A DNA stretch of 64,000 bases from an uncultured Planctomycetales bacterium (GCA_963710365.1 CAVQAC010000019.1:552969-616968); one strand, 5' to 3'. Positions 46,805 through 57,657 are shown, counted from the stretch's first letter. Numbers and translations are program-made. Notes: generated by a model not told the origin, from the letters alone.

Positions 46805-47553
46805 CTAGCGCGGCGACGCTGTGATCTGTTCCATGATCCAGCGATCCATGTCGGCGAGCATCAACGGAGACATCTGATGCCCGCACGGGTACTCCCGCAA
46901 GGCCACGTGCATGCCGGCCGAATGGAACAGCTTCAGGTTCTCGCAAACCGAGGCCGTGGGGAACTTCTGACTTTCACGCCCGCAGGCCAGGAAGACAGGC
47001 ACGCGCCGCGCTTCGCTCAGCCGCATCAGCGGCATGCGGCCGGTGGGAAACTCGCCGCCCAACGATAGCACGCCGGCAAAGCTTTCCGGATGGCTCATGG
47101 CCAGCCGAAAGGCCATCGTTCCGCCAACGTCGAAGCCGGCCAGGTACACTCTTCGCGAAGCCAAATTGTAACGCTCGGTGCGCCAACTCGATGACGTCGA
47201 ATACCCGCTGTTCGGCTAGCGCCACGTGCGCGCCTGCTCTGCGACCAACTATAGCCGGGCCGCCCGCGATCGGTTTCCACCTCGACCGTGCCGCGCAGCG
47301 ACGCGCCGACGTAATTCCGCATGCTCACCAACGGCATGACTCGCTTCAAATGGTTCTCGTCGTCGCCCGAGCCGTGCAGCCAGATGAACAGCGGATAGGC
47401 GTAGTTCGACTCGTAATGCTGCGGGGCGAAGAACGCGCACGGGCTGTCACCGCGGACCGGAGCAAACAGGCCCAAACTCGGCTCTGCCAGCGGCGGCAAT
47501 TCCGGGCCTGCAAGGGCTTGCGAGGCGGGAGCAAACGCTTGGATTCGATTCAT
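46805..47553 (-). pseudogene. alpha/beta hydrolase (phospholipase/carboxylesterase family), two frame breaks (about 47230 and about 47160)
   Basis: YPLFIWLHGSGDDENHL (N-terminal piece). The nucleophile elbow is VYLAGFDVGGTMAF, and the C-terminus has VFLACGRESQKFP...EYPCGHQM. The middle segment ALAEQRVFDVIELAHRA is in a third frame. Confidence 0.75.
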
Positions 47554-47652
47554 TTTCGCCTGATCTTTGAATTTCGGGAGCGGGTCGTAATTCGTCGCCG
47601 GCCGATTTGCGATGAAACACGCAAACGGCGGGTGACGGCTGCGGTCAACTCG

Positions 47653-48444
47653 TTACGGGCTGCTTTTCAATTCGCTGATATTCAGTTCCGTGTCGCGGCC
47701 GATGATTTCTTCAACGGGGAACTTCGCACCGGGACAGCGCGTGGCTCCCACGTCTTGATGGCACACGATGTTTGGCGGATTAATGTCGAATCGCTCTGCC
47801 AGCGTCCGCACCAATTCTCGCGCCGCCACTACCTGCCGGGGCGTGGGCGGGTAATTGTCGAAATTGCCGACCAGGCAGATACCAATACCTTCTTCGTTGT
47901 AGCTACGGCTGCCGGCATGGGCGCCGTGCAACTGTTGTTTCCAGCGGAAAGTGGGCTCGACCAGGCCATCGGCCATGCCACGGCCGTTTCCGATCAAGAA
48001 ATGATAGCCGATGCCCAGCCAGGGATTCCCCGCACGGTCCTTGCGTTGCCGATGCTCGGCGTCGATCGCCACGACGTCGCCAGAATCCGTCGCGGTATGA
48101 TGCAGCACTATATAGCGCCAGCGTCGCGGCGGAACCTCGGGCTGGATGTCGCTGCGAAACGATACCAGGGCTGTCGGCGTTGCGGCCGAAGCTTCACTGC
48201 CCGAAGCTTCACTGCCCGAAGCTTCACTGCCCGAAGTTGAAACCCTGCCCGAGGTTGGCGACTCTGCAGGCGATTGACGCACGAGCAGTGCAGTGCTGGT
48301 GAACTCGGCGGATGACACCCGAGCGGCACTGTCACTCGCACAGCCGATAACCGCATGCATCGTTGCCATAGTGCAACCCAACAAGAGCAAGCGCGAGACC
48401 AGCCTCCTGCGTTCGATTGCCGACTCTCCTGCTTGCGCCGGCAT
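47653..48444 (-). CDS. N-acetylmuramoyl-L-alanine amidase (Amidase_2/PGRP) lipoprotein
   Basis: Lipobox-like LLLLGCTMATMHAVIGCAS. Amidase_2 core YIVLHHTATD...GIGYHFLIGNG...GAHAG..NEEGIGICLVGNF...HQDV..TRCPG. Confidence 0.85.
   Translation of the reverse strand: MPAQAGESAIERRRLVSRLLLLGCTMATMHAVIGCASDSAARVSSAEFTSTALLVRQSPAESPTSGRVSTSGSEASGSEASGSEASAATPTALVSFRSDIQPEVPPRRWRYIVLHHTATDSGDVVAIDAEHRQRKDRAGNPWLGIGYHFLIGNGRGMADGLVEPTFRWKQQLHGAHAGSRSYNEEGIGICLVGNFDNYPPTPRQVVAARELVRTLAERFDINPPNIVCHQDVGATRCPGAKFPVEEIIGRDTELNISELKSSP
48187..48236 (-). repeat. 15-bp tandem repeat x3.3 inside the amidase gene (encodes SGSEA x3)
   Basis: cgaagcttcactgcc is repeated at 48187, 48202 and 48217, with a partial unit at 48232. 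It translates as SGSEASGSEASGSEAS in the linker after the lipoprotein signal. Confidence 0.9.
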
Positions 48445-48759
48445 GGTTTTTCTTCCGGCCAAGGAACTGAACGCCGGGAAGGCTGCGGACTCTAATGCAT
48501 CCCAAGGCCGCATGTCAATGGCAGCCCTGCGGCACCGACTGCCCGGCCCAATTCGCCATTCGAGACGAATTCATCTTCCCAGCCCGGATAGTGGCGCTTC
48601 GCCAGCATTGCATCGCCGGCATTTGCATCGGTTCGCTCACGTGCCCACCTCTCGTTGCTCGCTTGGCCGCTTCGCACGATCCCACAAGTTATGCCCCGGC
48701 GGTGCTAGCAATCAGGGATTGATGGCTCGCTCAGGAAGCGCATGCCGGGGGCGAACGCT

Positions 48760-49832
<1,073 letters not shown>

Positions 49833-50025
49833 TCAAGTCAAGGGCCCCCCATCCCGGGCCGCACGCTCCGACTTTGCCTGCCGCAGCCAGCGAAACCTCC
49901 ATCTATTTGCGTGCGCCCGGACCCCTTGCCAAAGGCCTGTTCCGGTCATGCCGGCCCCACGCGGCGCCGGCAACTCTAATCCTGGCGGCCAAAGTCGCGG
50001 CCGATCTGTTTCGCAAGTTGGTAAT

Positions 50026-50101
50026 CACAAGCCCGACGCGCCAGCGAGGGAGCGCAATCTGCAACTCCCACAGAATCCCTCGCTTGCGCGTCGGGCTTGT
50101 G
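50026..50101. repeat. 26-bp near-perfect hairpin (1 mismatch, 24-nt loop) in the mdh / TPR-gene divergent intergenic region
   Basis: 50026-50051 cacaagcccgacgcgccagcgaggga pairs with 50076-50101 tccctcgcttgcgcgtcgggcttgtg. Confidence 0.8.
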
Positions 50102-50265
50102 TTTGCAAGCGGAGGCCAAAATCTCCCCTACTTCAAACACTGAGCGGGCAAAGTGCTTGCCGACACCCAGGGGCCCCTTTAAGCTGTAAGTGTAGGTAAC
50201 GAGGCGGCCGCGAGGGGCTGCGTCGGTAGCGAACATCGGCAACGACCTGGTCAGGAGCGGTTGGC

Positions 50266-51318
50266 ATGAAGAAGCTCGGCATCACGCTGGCAATCTTGGG
50301 TCTGATCAGCGCGGCAAGCCCGTTGCATGCGGCCGACGTGCTCAAGAAGATCTCGACCAATACCACGATCAACGGACGTTTCACCAACCTGGGCAAGTCC
50401 GAGGTCACCATCGAGAAGACCTCAGGCGCGTCGGAGACGGTGCCGGTCAACGATATCGAATGGTTGTCCTTCGACGGAGAGCCGACGATCCTCAAGACCA
50501 TCCGCACCCAGTCGACCAACGGCTCGTATGCCGCCGCGCTCACGAGCCTGGGCAAGATCGATCCGGAAAGTGCCACCCGGCCCGAAGTGAAGCAAGAGTT
50601 GATTTACCTGCGTGCCTTCTGCCACGCCAAGCAAGGCATGGAGAACGGAGACGCCAAGGAAATGTTGGTCGCCGGCACGGAGATGCACTCGTTCGTCAAA
50701 GAGAGCCCGACGAGCTATCGCACTTTCCCGGCCTATGAATTGCTCGGCGACTTGCTGGTCTCTTTGGGCAAGCCCGAACAGGCCGAGATCTTCTATAAGG
50801 AACTAGCGCAGGCGCCTTTCAATGAGTACAAGATGCGCGCCGGCGTCGCCATCGGCGAAGTGCAGGTGCTGCAAAAGAAGTTCACCGTGGCGTTGATCAG
50901 CTTCGATGCCGTGCTGCAATTGGCGGCGCAAGACAAGACCGGCGCCGGCGAGTCTGAAAAGCTGGCGGCCACGCTCGGCAAGGCCCTGTGCCTGGCCCAT
51001 GAAGGCAAGGCCGACGAAGGCATCAAGCTGGTGGAAGAAGTGATCAACGCGCTGGCTCCCGACGAGGCTGCGCTGTTGGCCCAAGCCTACGTGACGCTGG
51101 GCGAATGCTACCTCACAAAGCCCGACCAACAGGTTCAGGCTCGGCTTGCTTTCCTGCACGTCGACGTGCTCTATCCGACGCAGATCAAGGCCGAAAAGCA
51201 GGCGCTCGACCACCTGGCCGTGCTCTGGGCCAAGGCCAACAAGAAGGATCGGGCCGAAGATGCCAGGCAGCGCACGGCGCAACTCGTCGCCGGCGCCCAG
51301 GCAGCGGCGGCGGAATAA
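50266..51318 (+). CDS. secreted TPR-like repeat protein
   Basis: Signal peptide MKKLGITLAILGLISAASPLHA, then helical repeat sequence (e.g. AELIYLRAFCHAKQG, AYELLGDLLVSLGKPEQAEIFYKEL, AQAYVTLGECYL). Confidence 0.65.
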   Translation: MKKLGITLAILGLISAASPLHAADVLKKISTNTTINGRFTNLGKSEVTIEKTSGASETVPVNDIEWLSFDGEPTILKTIRTQSTNGSYAAALTSLGKIDPESATRPEVKQELIYLRAFCHAKQGMENGDAKEMLVAGTEMHSFVKESPTSYRTFPAYELLGDLLVSLGKPEQAEIFYKELAQAPFNEYKMRAGVAIGEVQVLQKKFTVALISFDAVLQLAAQDKTGAGESEKLAATLGKALCLAHEGKADEGIKLVEEVINALAPDEAALLAQAYVTLGECYLTKPDQQVQARLAFLHVDVLYPTQIKAEKQALDHLAVLWAKANKKDRAEDARQRTAQLVAGAQAAAAE

Positions 51319-51362
51319 CGCCCCGGCGGAAGCGCGTCATTCCCCATTCCCCATTGGGCTTC

Positions 51363-52304
51363 TCATGCCCGCGGATGGAATTGCTTGTGGACGGCCTTGA
51401 GCCGGGTGTGATCGACGTGCGTATAAATCTGCGTCGTCGAGATGCTGGCGTGTCCGAGCATTTCCTGCACCATGCGTAGATCCGCCCCGCCGGCCAGCAT
51501 GTGCGTGGCGAAACTGTGTCGCAACGTGTGCGGGCTGACGCGCGACGACGCGCCGACGCGCCGCGAATAGCGTTTCACTAGTTCCCAAATCCGCTCGCGG
51601 CGCAGTTGCCGGCCCGATCGCGACAACAGCAACCAGGGCGGCGGCGACGGTGCTTGCGCGGCCAGTGCCGGCCGTTCGCGTTCGAGATACGCCGTGATGG
51701 CTTCAGCGGCCCGTCGGCCCAAGGGAACCAGACGTTCTTTGTCTCCTTTCCCTTGGCACATGCAAAAGCCGGCATCCAGATGCACGTCGCGCATGGCCAG
51801 GTTCGACAATTCCGAGGCCCGGCAACCGGTCGCGTACAGCAATTCGAGCATCGCCCGATCGCGGCGCCAGCAGGCGTCGGACGGAATCGGGCTGGAGAAC
51901 AGTTCTTCGATTGCCTGCGGCGATAGCACCTCGGGCACGCGCTGCCACAGCTTCTGGCTCCCCAGCAATTCGACGGCGTTCTCGGTGAGCACTCCTTCCA
52001 ATTGCAAGTAGCGGAAGAACAGCTTGAGCGAGACGATGTGCCGAGCCAGGCTGGCCGGGGCCAGTTCCTTCTCGTGCAGCCAGCCCACATAATCGGCCAA
52101 TTCACGGACCGTGAGTGCCGGAATCTTTCGGTTGCTCAACCAGACAAAGAACTTCCGCAAATCCCGGCGATAGGCCACCACCGTGTTGTCGGCCAAATGG
52201 CATTCCGTACGCTGATAATCGGCAAATGCCTTGACCCAGGGGTGCTCGGGCGCGGCGGCGCCAGGGCGGACCGGCGGAACGAGCGGTTTGCGTTTGGCGG
52301 TCAT
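51363..52304 (-). CDS. site-specific tyrosine recombinase XerC/XerD
   Basis: 313 aa. It has an N-terminal SAM-like domain (ADNTVVAYRRDLRKFFVWL) and a catalytic domain with ATGCRASEL (Arg), HTLRHSFATHML (H-x-x-R) and LGHASISTTQIYTHV (Tyr). Confidence 0.88.
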   Translation of the reverse strand: MTAKRKPLVPPVRPGAAAPEHPWVKAFADYQRTECHLADNTVVAYRRDLRKFFVWLSNRKIPALTVRELADYVGWLHEKELAPASLARHIVSLKLFFRYLQLEGVLTENAVELLGSQKLWQRVPEVLSPQAIEELFSSPIPSDACWRRDRAMLELLYATGCRASELSNLAMRDVHLDAGFCMCQGKGDKERLVPLGRRAAEAITAYLERERPALAAQAPSPPPWLLLSRSGRQLRRERIWELVKRYSRRVGASSRVSPHTLRHSFATHMLAGGADLRMVQEMLGHASISTTQIYTHVDHTRLKAVHKQFHPRA

Positions 52305-52465
52305 ATCTATTGTTTATCGCCTTCGACGGGGCTCCCTCATGCCGCCGAATTCCCGGTCTCCCGTTTCGGCACTCGACCGCCGGCAACTTCAACCGTTTTG
52401 CGCGGAATAATCGTCAGCGCCGTCCGGGGCGTGTGGTAAAGTTGTAGGCCGCCCCGGCGCAGGAT

Positions 52466-52559
52466 CGGCCGAAGAATAACTTCTCCACAGCCCCCTCTCC
52501 CCTTTGTGGGAGAGGGCAAGGGTGAGGGGGAAAACAAAATCGAAGTTATTCTTCGGTCG
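52466..52559. repeat. nested palindromic (REP/MITE-like) element in the xer-galE intergenic region
   Basis: The outer stem is cggccgaagaataacttc (52466-52483) / gaagttattcttcggtcg (52542-52559). The inner palindrome is ccctctccc-ctttgt-gggagaggg (about 52493-52516), followed by caagggtgaggggg. Confidence 0.7.
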
Positions 52560-52605
52560 ATCCTAAGCGACGCTCTGGAAGAATCTGTGGTCCAGGAACT
52601 TTAAG

Positions 52606-53589
52606 GTGAACATTCTCGTTACCGGAGGAGCCGGTTACGTCGGCAGCCACGCGGCGCGATTGCTCGCCCGCGCAGGACACGACATTTGGGTCTACGACAA
52701 CCTCTGCCTGGGGCACCGTGGCGCGGTCGCGAAGGGCCGGCTCATCGAGGGCGAACTGCTCGATCGCGCGCGGCTGGTCGAAGTCTTCCGAGCCCATCGC
52801 ATCGAGGCCGTGATGCACTTCGCGGCTTTCGCACTGGTCGGCGAGTCGGTCAGCAATCCGGCCAAGTATTACCAGAACAACATCGTGGCCAGCCTGGCCC
52901 TGTTGGAAGCGATGCGCGAGGCCGGCGTGGCGAAGATCGTCTTCTCCAGCACCACGGCCACCTACGGTGTGCCGCAGCGCGTGCCGATCACCGAGGACGA
53001 ACCGCAGCGGCCGGTCAATCCTTATGGCTTCGCCAAGCTGGTGATCGAGCAGGCCCTGGCCGATTACGCCGCGGCGTATGGCCTCGGCTATGCTGCCTTG
53101 CGATACTTCAACGCGGCCGGCGCCAGCCCCGACGGCGACTTGGGCGAAGACCACACGCCCGAATCGCATCTGATTCCCTTGGTGCTGCAAGTCGCCTTAG
53201 GGCAGCGACCCGAGATTACGATCTTCGGCGACGACTACCCAACGCCCGACGGCACTTGCATCCGCGATTATGTTCATGTCGACGATCTGGGCACCGCCCA
53301 CGTGCGGGCCCTAGAGCGGCTGACGCCGGGCACAGGCTTGAAGCTGAACTTGGGCACCGGTCGCGGCCACAGCGTGCGCGAGGTGATCGACATGTGCCGA
53401 AGGGTGACTGGCCATCCAATCCCCAGCGCCAAGGGCCCGCGCCGGGCAGGCGATCCGCCCGAACTCGTAGCCAACGCCAGCCGCGCCGGCCGTGAACTCG
53501 GCTGGGAACCTCGCTATGCCGACTTGCAGTCGATCGTCGAAACCGCCTGGCGCTGGCACTGCACGCACCCGCATGGCTACGGCAATTGA
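52606..53589 (+). CDS. galE: UDP-glucose 4-epimerase
   Basis: GTG start. NILVTGGAGYVGSH, SSTTATYG, YGFAKLVIEQ (YxxxK), and a typical 327-aa length. Confidence 0.92.
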   Translation: MNILVTGGAGYVGSHAARLLARAGHDIWVYDNLCLGHRGAVAKGRLIEGELLDRARLVEVFRAHRIEAVMHFAAFALVGESVSNPAKYYQNNIVASLALLEAMREAGVAKIVFSSTTATYGVPQRVPITEDEPQRPVNPYGFAKLVIEQALADYAAAYGLGYAALRYFNAAGASPDGDLGEDHTPESHLIPLVLQVALGQRPEITIFGDDYPTPDGTCIRDYVHVDDLGTAHVRALERLTPGTGLKLNLGTGRGHSVREVIDMCRRVTGHPIPSAKGPRRAGDPPELVANASRAGRELGWEPRYADLQSIVETAWRWHCTHPHGYGN

Positions 53590-53696
53590 ACGGCCGTTCG
53601 CGCCGCGGATGAACAACTAAAGAGCTCCAAACTACCGGCAAGCTTGCGCATGCCGCTCGCCACTGCCTACTGCCCTCTGCCTACTACTAAAAGCCC

Positions 53697-54918
53697 ATGC
53701 CTCGCCTGATCAGCTTCTTCGGCCTGTGGGTGTTGATCGGCCTGGCCTGGCTGCTCAGTTCGCACAAGAGCCGGGTTAGCCTGCGACTGATTGCCAGCGG
53801 CGTGCTGCTGCAATTGGTGTTCGCTCTGCTGGTGTTGAAGACCGGACCCGGCCGGGCCGTCTTCGACCGGTTCAATGACGGATTCCATCTGCTGCTGAGC
53901 TTCGTCCGTGCGGGAAACGATTTCGTCTTCGGCGACCTGCTGGAAAAGCACCCCAACATTTTCGCCTTCAGCGTGCTGCCGAGCATCATCTTCTTCTCGG
54001 CCCTGATGTCGCTGCTGTACCATTTCGGCGTGATGCAGCGCCTGGTCCAAGTTATGGCGATCGTCATGCAGCGGACCATGGGCACGTCCGGCGCCGAGAG
54101 CCTGTCGACGGCCGCCAACATCTTCGTCGGCCCGACCGAAGCTCCGCTCGTCATTCGTCCCTATCTGCACGAGCTGACCGAATCGGAACTGATGGCCGTG
54201 ATGGTGGGCGGCTTTGCCACCGTCGCCGGCGGCGTGATGGCAGCCTACGTGCAGATGGGCATCGACGCCGGCCACCTGGCGACGGCCTCGGTAATTTCGG
54301 CGCCGGCCGCGCTGCGTGATCTCCAAGGTCATGCAGCCCGAAGTCGGTCAGCCGCAGACCCTCGGCCGGGCCAAACTCGATGTCGAGCGGCCCGCCGTCA
54401 ATATGCTCGAAGCCATCACTATGGGCGCAACCGATGGGCTGAAGCTGGCCCTGAACGTGGCGGCCATGCTGATCGCCTTCCTGGCGATGTTGGCCATGTT
54501 GAAGCATGCAATCGCCTGGACCGGATCGTGCTTCGGCTACCACTGGACGCTCGATGCCATGCTGGGCTATTGCTTTGCTCCTCTGGCCTGGCTGATCGGG
54601 GTGGAAAGCAAAGATTGCCTCGATGTGGGCGAACTGCTGGGCTTGCGCATGGCAGCCAACGAATTCCTGGCCTATGAGCGGCTGGCCGAATGGGCCAAGC
54701 CTGATTCGACGGTGCATCTCAGCGCCCGCAGCCACACGCTGGCCACTTATGCTCTGTGCGGGTTCGCCAACTTCGGCTCGATCGGCGTGACGATCGGCGG
54801 CATCGGCCTGTTGGTCCCCGAGCGCCAGGCCGACTTGGCGCGGCTCGGCTTGCGAGCCATGCTCGGCGGCACGCTGGCCTGCTCGATGACCGCCTGCATC
54901 GCGGGAATGTTGGTGTAA
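53697..54918 (+). pseudogene. nupC: NupC/CNT-family nucleoside transporter, one frame break about 54315
   Basis: The N-terminal piece has AFSVLPSIIFFSALMSLLYHFGVMQ, ESLSTAANIFVGPTEAPLVIRPY and GGFATVAGGVMAAY. The join ..VISAPAAL / VISKVMQPE.. leads to the C-terminal piece YALCGFANFGSIGVTIGGIG. Confidence 0.88.
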
Positions 54919-55000
54919 AGGCAGATTACTCCGGGCGGGATCGCGGGGTGTTTCACCCCATGCTGAACTCCATTTCGCGATTGGCAGGGCTTCTCAGCCT

Positions 55001-55089
55001 GTAGAGTGTTGTCGAGCTTTGCGCTGGCGCACCAAATCGCAGGTAAAAACCAAACGTGTTGCGTCTCGCAAAGCTTGACAACACCCTAC
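55001..55089. repeat. 23-nt inverted repeat (2 mismatches, 43-nt spacer) in the nupC / yhaM-like intergenic region
   Basis: 55001-55023 gtagagtgttgtcgagctttgcg pairs with 55067-55089 cgcaaagcttgacaacaccctac. It is flanked by the direct repeats GGTKTTTCACCCCA (54946, 55122) and CGCGATTGG (54976, 55113). Confidence 0.75.
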
Positions 55090-55248
55090 GACTCCAGACA
55101 AGTCTTCACGCGAGCGCGATTGGTGGTTTCACCCCACGTCGAACACTCTTTCGGCACTGGTGCGTTTGTGGCATCGCTCCATGCGCGACTAAAATCAAAG
55201 TCGACTCCATCGGCTGCGTACGCAATCTAAAACGGCGAGGACAAACGC

Positions 55249-56253
55249 ATGGCCACTAAATCGGCGACGATCGTTGCGCTGGAAGAACTGGAGAATGGGC
55301 AGGAGGCTGATATCTTTCTGCTGATGACGGCCAAGGAAGAGTTGACCACGCGCGACGGCAAGCCGTACTTCAAAGTCGGCTTTCGCGGCGCGACGCGGCA
55401 GGTGAGTTTTCCAATCTGGGCCGAGAGCACCTGGTCCGAAGCCTGCCGCAAGTCGTGGGCGGTCGGCGCGTTCTACAAAGTCCGAGCCGTCTATCGCGAC
55501 ACCAACTTCGGTCCGCAACTCGATATCCGCAAGATCCGTGAGGTCGTCGACGCCGATGCGGCCGACGGCTTCGAGCCGAACGTGTTTCTGCCTCGCTCGC
55601 GGTTCGATGCGGCTGAGATGTTTGCCGAACTGGTGTCGATCGCCCGCACGCACATTGCCGATGCCGAACTGCGTGCGCTGGTTGAACGGATCATGGAAGC
55701 CAACCGCTCACAGCTTCTGGAACTTCCGGCCGCGACGCGGAATCATCACTGCTACGTCGGCGGTTATTTGGAGCACGTCTTGAGCGTCACGCGGACGGCG
55801 CTCTACCTGGCCGAGAAATACGACGACTACTATCCCGACCTGCAGCCGCGGCTCAATCGCGACGTGCTGGTGGCCGGCGCGATACTCCATGACATCGGCA
55901 AGCTACGCGAAATCGCCTGGCAACCCGAGGGGGCGGCCTATCTGCCGGCCGGCGACCTGGTCGGCCATATCCTGCAAGGACGCGACATCGTTCGCGAAGC
56001 GGCAGCCGGCCGAAAGATCGATCCCGAGCTACTGTTGCGGCTGGAGCACGTGATCATCTCGCATCAGCGTTTGCCCGAATGGGGTTCGCCCAAGCCACCC
56101 ATGACGCCCGAGGCACTCTTGGTCCACTACGCCGACGACATCGACGCAAAATATCACATGATGTACGTCGCCTTGCGCGACGACACGAACACGGGCCATC
56201 TGACGAGCAAGCAGAACCAGCTCTATCAGAAGATCTACCGCGGATCGACGTAG
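55249..56253 (+). CDS. YhaM-like OB-fold + HD-domain (exo)ribonuclease/phosphohydrolase
   Basis: The N-terminal OB-like segment is DIFLLMTAKEELTTRDGKPYFKVGFRG. The HD domain has HHCYVGGYLEHVLSV and AILHDIGKLRE. Confidence 0.7.
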   Translation: MATKSATIVALEELENGQEADIFLLMTAKEELTTRDGKPYFKVGFRGATRQVSFPIWAESTWSEACRKSWAVGAFYKVRAVYRDTNFGPQLDIRKIREVVDADAADGFEPNVFLPRSRFDAAEMFAELVSIARTHIADAELRALVERIMEANRSQLLELPAATRNHHCYVGGYLEHVLSVTRTALYLAEKYDDYYPDLQPRLNRDVLVAGAILHDIGKLREIAWQPEGAAYLPAGDLVGHILQGRDIVREAAAGRKIDPELLLRLEHVIISHQRLPEWGSPKPPMTPEALLVHYADDIDAKYHMMYVALRDDTNTGHLTSKQNQLYQKIYRGST

Positions 56254-56296
56254 TTGGCCTCGAAATCGTGGCCCGAAGAGACCGGGGCGTCCTGAG

Positions 56297-56368
56297 CCCC
56301 GGGCGTAAGCCCGGGGATTCGCTGGACGACGCCGCCGCGCCATCCCGGGGCTCACGCCCCGGGCTCGG
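56297..56368. terminator. pair of 8-bp GC hairpins with GNRA loops between convergent genes (one per strand)
   Basis: CCCCGGGC-gtaa-GCCCGGGG (56297-56316, plus-strand sense). CCCGGGGC-tcac-GCCCCGGG (56344-56363) reads with a GTGA loop on the minus strand. There are no U-tracts. Confidence 0.5.
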
Positions 56369-57657
56369 GATACGTTGAACGAGTGCGTCTTCCGACGCTC
56401 GTTCGATCCGAGCCCCCAACCGCGCGAGCTTTTCTTCCAAACGCTGGTAGCCGCGGTCGAGATGATGGATGCGGCGGACGATCGTTTCCCCGTCGGCCGC
56501 CAACCCGGCCAGAACCAACGCCGCGCTTGCACGCAAGTCGCACGCCGTCACGTTCGCTCCGTGCAACCGAGCAACGCCGTCGACCATAGCCCGATCGCCG
56601 GCATGATCGATCTGGGCGCCAAATCGCCGGAGCTGATCGACGTGCCGAAAACGTTCCGGAAAGACGCAGTCGCGAATCGTGCTGCGGCCCGAGGCTACGC
56701 AGGCCAGCGCCATGAACTGGGCCTGCACGTCGGTCGGCACGCCGGGATAGGGAAGCGCGGCCAGTTCGATCGGTCGCAAGCCGGCCGGTCGAGGCGACGC
56801 TGACCGTATCGGTTTCAGTCTGCGACGGCCAGCCCGGCCCGATCGAGTTCGGCCAACACCGCGGCCAGATGCTCGGGCGCAACGCCGGTCACCTTCACGC
56901 TCCCGCCGGTAATGGCCGCGGCCACGCAGCAGCGTGGCGGTTTCGATCCGATCGGGAATAATGGAGTACGAACCGCCGGCGAGTCGCTCGACGCCCAGGA
57001 TCTCGAGCGTCGAAGTGCCCAGGCCGTCGATGCGCGCGCCAAGTCCGATTTAAGAAGTTGCCCAGGTCGACGATCTCGGGCTCGGTTGCGGCGCCGGTGA
57101 TGATCGTCCGCCCGCGGGCCGAGACCGCGGCGCAGAGCACATTGGCCGTTCCGGTAACCGTCGGCCCGTGCGGGCCGGCCAGATGAATTCGAGTGCCGCG
57201 CAACTGAGCGGCGCGGCCCACGACGTGGCCTTGCTGGATTCGCAGATCGGCACCGAAGCGCGGCCAGGCCGTGCAGGTGCAAATCGATCGGCCGCTCGCC
57301 GATCTGACAACCGCCGGGCAGCGGCACCACGGCCCTGCCACGCCGGGCCAGCAACGGGCCGAGCACGCAGAAGCTGGCCCGCATCTGCTGCACCAATTCG
57401 TAGTCGGCAAAGATTCGTTGCGGGGCGACGGTGGCAATCTGCAGCCGATCGTCCGGCCGGCGTTTGACTTCGACCCCCAAATAGCCGAGCAGCAGCGAAA
57501 GCGTGTCGACGTCGGCCAAATGCGGCACGTGCTCGAGCGTCACCGGCTCCGAAGCCAGGATCGACGCGGCCATGATCGGCAGCGCGGCGTTTTTCGCGCC
57601 ACTGGCCGCCACCGTGCCTGCAAGGGGAATCCCTCCCCGAATCCGCAGTAGGTCCAT
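56352..57657 (-). pseudogene. murA: UDP-N-acetylglucosamine 1-carboxyvinyltransferase MurA, at least 5 frame breaks; 3' end uncertain
   Basis: MDLLRIRGGIPLAGTVAASGAKNAALPIMAASIL.. (start 57657). Successive pieces lie in alternating frames: ..[20 protein letters not shown] / [34 protein letters not shown] / [30 protein letters not shown] / [21 protein letters not shown] / TETDTVSV / PIELAALPYPGVPTDVQAQFMALA...DRGYQRLEEKLARLGARIER. Confidence 0.88.

Noticed and set aside
49976-50242. 88-aa minus-strand ORF (and 110-aa plus-strand ORF 49811-50143) in the mdh/TPR intergenic region.
   Set aside because: Both run through the 26-bp palindrome, so the same DNA 'codes' on both strands. There is no start context and no recognisable protein features.
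51363-52304. The tyrosine recombinase as an integrase marking a genomic island boundary.
   Set aside because: Its length and motifs fit chromosomal XerC/XerD. There is no adjacent tRNA, no att-like direct repeats, no phage or ICE genes, and the flanks are housekeeping genes.
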